Of a stretch of DNA of 64,000 bases, positions 63,309 through 64,000 are shown piece after piece. A program made the translations under genes and the position numbers. Position 1 is the first letter of the stretch. Each line of letters opens with the position of its first letter. Source of the DNA: Candidatus Kaiserbacteria bacterium (GTDB taxonomy: Bacteria > Patescibacteriota > Minisyncoccia > Phycocordibacterales > UBA2100); the NCBI GenBank assembly GCA_016432285.1, contig CP066682.1:288933-352932 (forward strand), given 5' to 3'. The notes under the pieces were generated by a model that saw only the letters and a list, made by a program, of their open reading frames with translations, ran no database searches and had not been told where the DNA came from.

Positions 63309-64000
63309 ATGAAGCGAGTCGTAACCATCGGAGGCGGGACGGGAAGCTACGTCGTACTGCGCGGCCTCAAGGAGTATCCGCTTGCGATCACGGCGGTCAT
63401 CTCGATGTTCGATTCGGGCGGATCCTCTGGAGTGCTCCGCGACGAGTTCGGCATTTTGCCGCCGGGCGATATCAGGCGGGCACTCGTGGCCCTCTCCGAG
63501 GGGAAGCGCGCCGAGATTTTACGCGAGCTCTTCAACTACCGCTTCGAGAACGGCGGCACGCTGAAGGGCCACAACTTCGGCAACCTCTTCCTCGCGGCGC
63601 TCTCCTCGATTTACGGCAGCGACATCGAGGCGATCCGCAAAGCCTCGCAGCTTCTCGACATCAAGGGTCGGGCACTCCCGGTCTCACTCGACAACGCGAA
63701 CCTCCATGCGATTCTCGAAGACGGCACGGAGATCGTGGGAGAGACCAACATCGACATCCCGAAGCACGACGGCAACAAATCCATCAAAAAGGTTTTCCTC
63801 GATCCTGCCGCGACGCTCTTTGCCGAGACTGAAAGCGCGATCCGCGAAGCCAATACGATCGTGATCGGACCGGGTGATCCGTACACCTCCGTGATTCCGA
63901 ATCTTCTCGTGAAAGGCATGCGGGAGGCGCTTGCGGCGAGTCCAGCCAAAAAGGTTTTCGTGTGCAATCTCCTCACGAAGTGGGGAGAGACCAACGACTG
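63309..64000 (+). CDS. yvcK: YvcK/UPF0052 gluconeogenesis factor (3' truncated by the window edge; absent from the ORF track)
   Basis: MKRVVTIGGGTG...DSGGSSGVLRDEFGILPPGDIRR...GHNFGNL...IGPGDPYTSVIPNL. Confidence 0.9.
   Translation, partial: MKRVVTIGGGTGSYVVLRGLKEYPLAITAVISMFDSGGSSGVLRDEFGILPPGDIRRALVALSEGKRAEILRELFNYRFENGGTLKGHNFGNLFLAALSSIYGSDIEAIRKASQLLDIKGRALPVSLDNANLHAILEDGTEIVGETNIDIPKHDGNKSIKKVFLDPAATLFAETESAIREANTIVIGPGDPYTSVIPNLLVKGMREALAASPAKKVFVCNLLTKWGETND

Overview
A GC-rich, gene-dense bacterial chromosome segment. Gene content (many small secreted or single-TM hypotheticals, peptidoglycan-binding proteins, class F sortase, DUF5667 anti-sigma) and mostly SD-less starts suggest a CPR/Patescibacteria (Parcubacteria-like) genome; this is inference. 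Left to right: capA-like gene; tRNA-Gln(CTG) followed by a ~0.4 kb GIY-YIG mini-element flanked by a duplicated tRNA 3' end; a Tsp45I-like type II restriction-modification pair; small accessory genes; a ~14 kb copper island (csoR, two identical operators, P1B-ATPase, multicopper oxidase, two CcdA-like proteins, many Met/His/Cys-motif proteins) ending in a membrane-anchored nirK; MacAB-type ABC efflux, MFS, ECF sigma/anti-sigma, surface proteins, typA and msrB; a minus-strand MotA/ExbB-type three-gene operon; an ICMT-fusion gene and a divergent cysteine-peptidase-like gene; a DEAD-box helicase; an AT-rich RHH/TM/Cas2-VapD-like cassette; a class F sortase with a minimal substrate; HD/DHODH-like/serine hydrolase/GATase/glmS; metK preceded by a SAM-I-clan riboswitch; and a partial yvcK. 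No rRNA, CRISPR array, integrase or transposase was seen. The best candidates for undescribed systems are the tRNA-targeted GIY-YIG mini-element, the orphan MotA/ExbB triad, the copper/NirK island with its uncharacterised metal-motif proteins, and the micro-substrate/sortase pair. All family calls come from motif recognition by eye, not from database searches.
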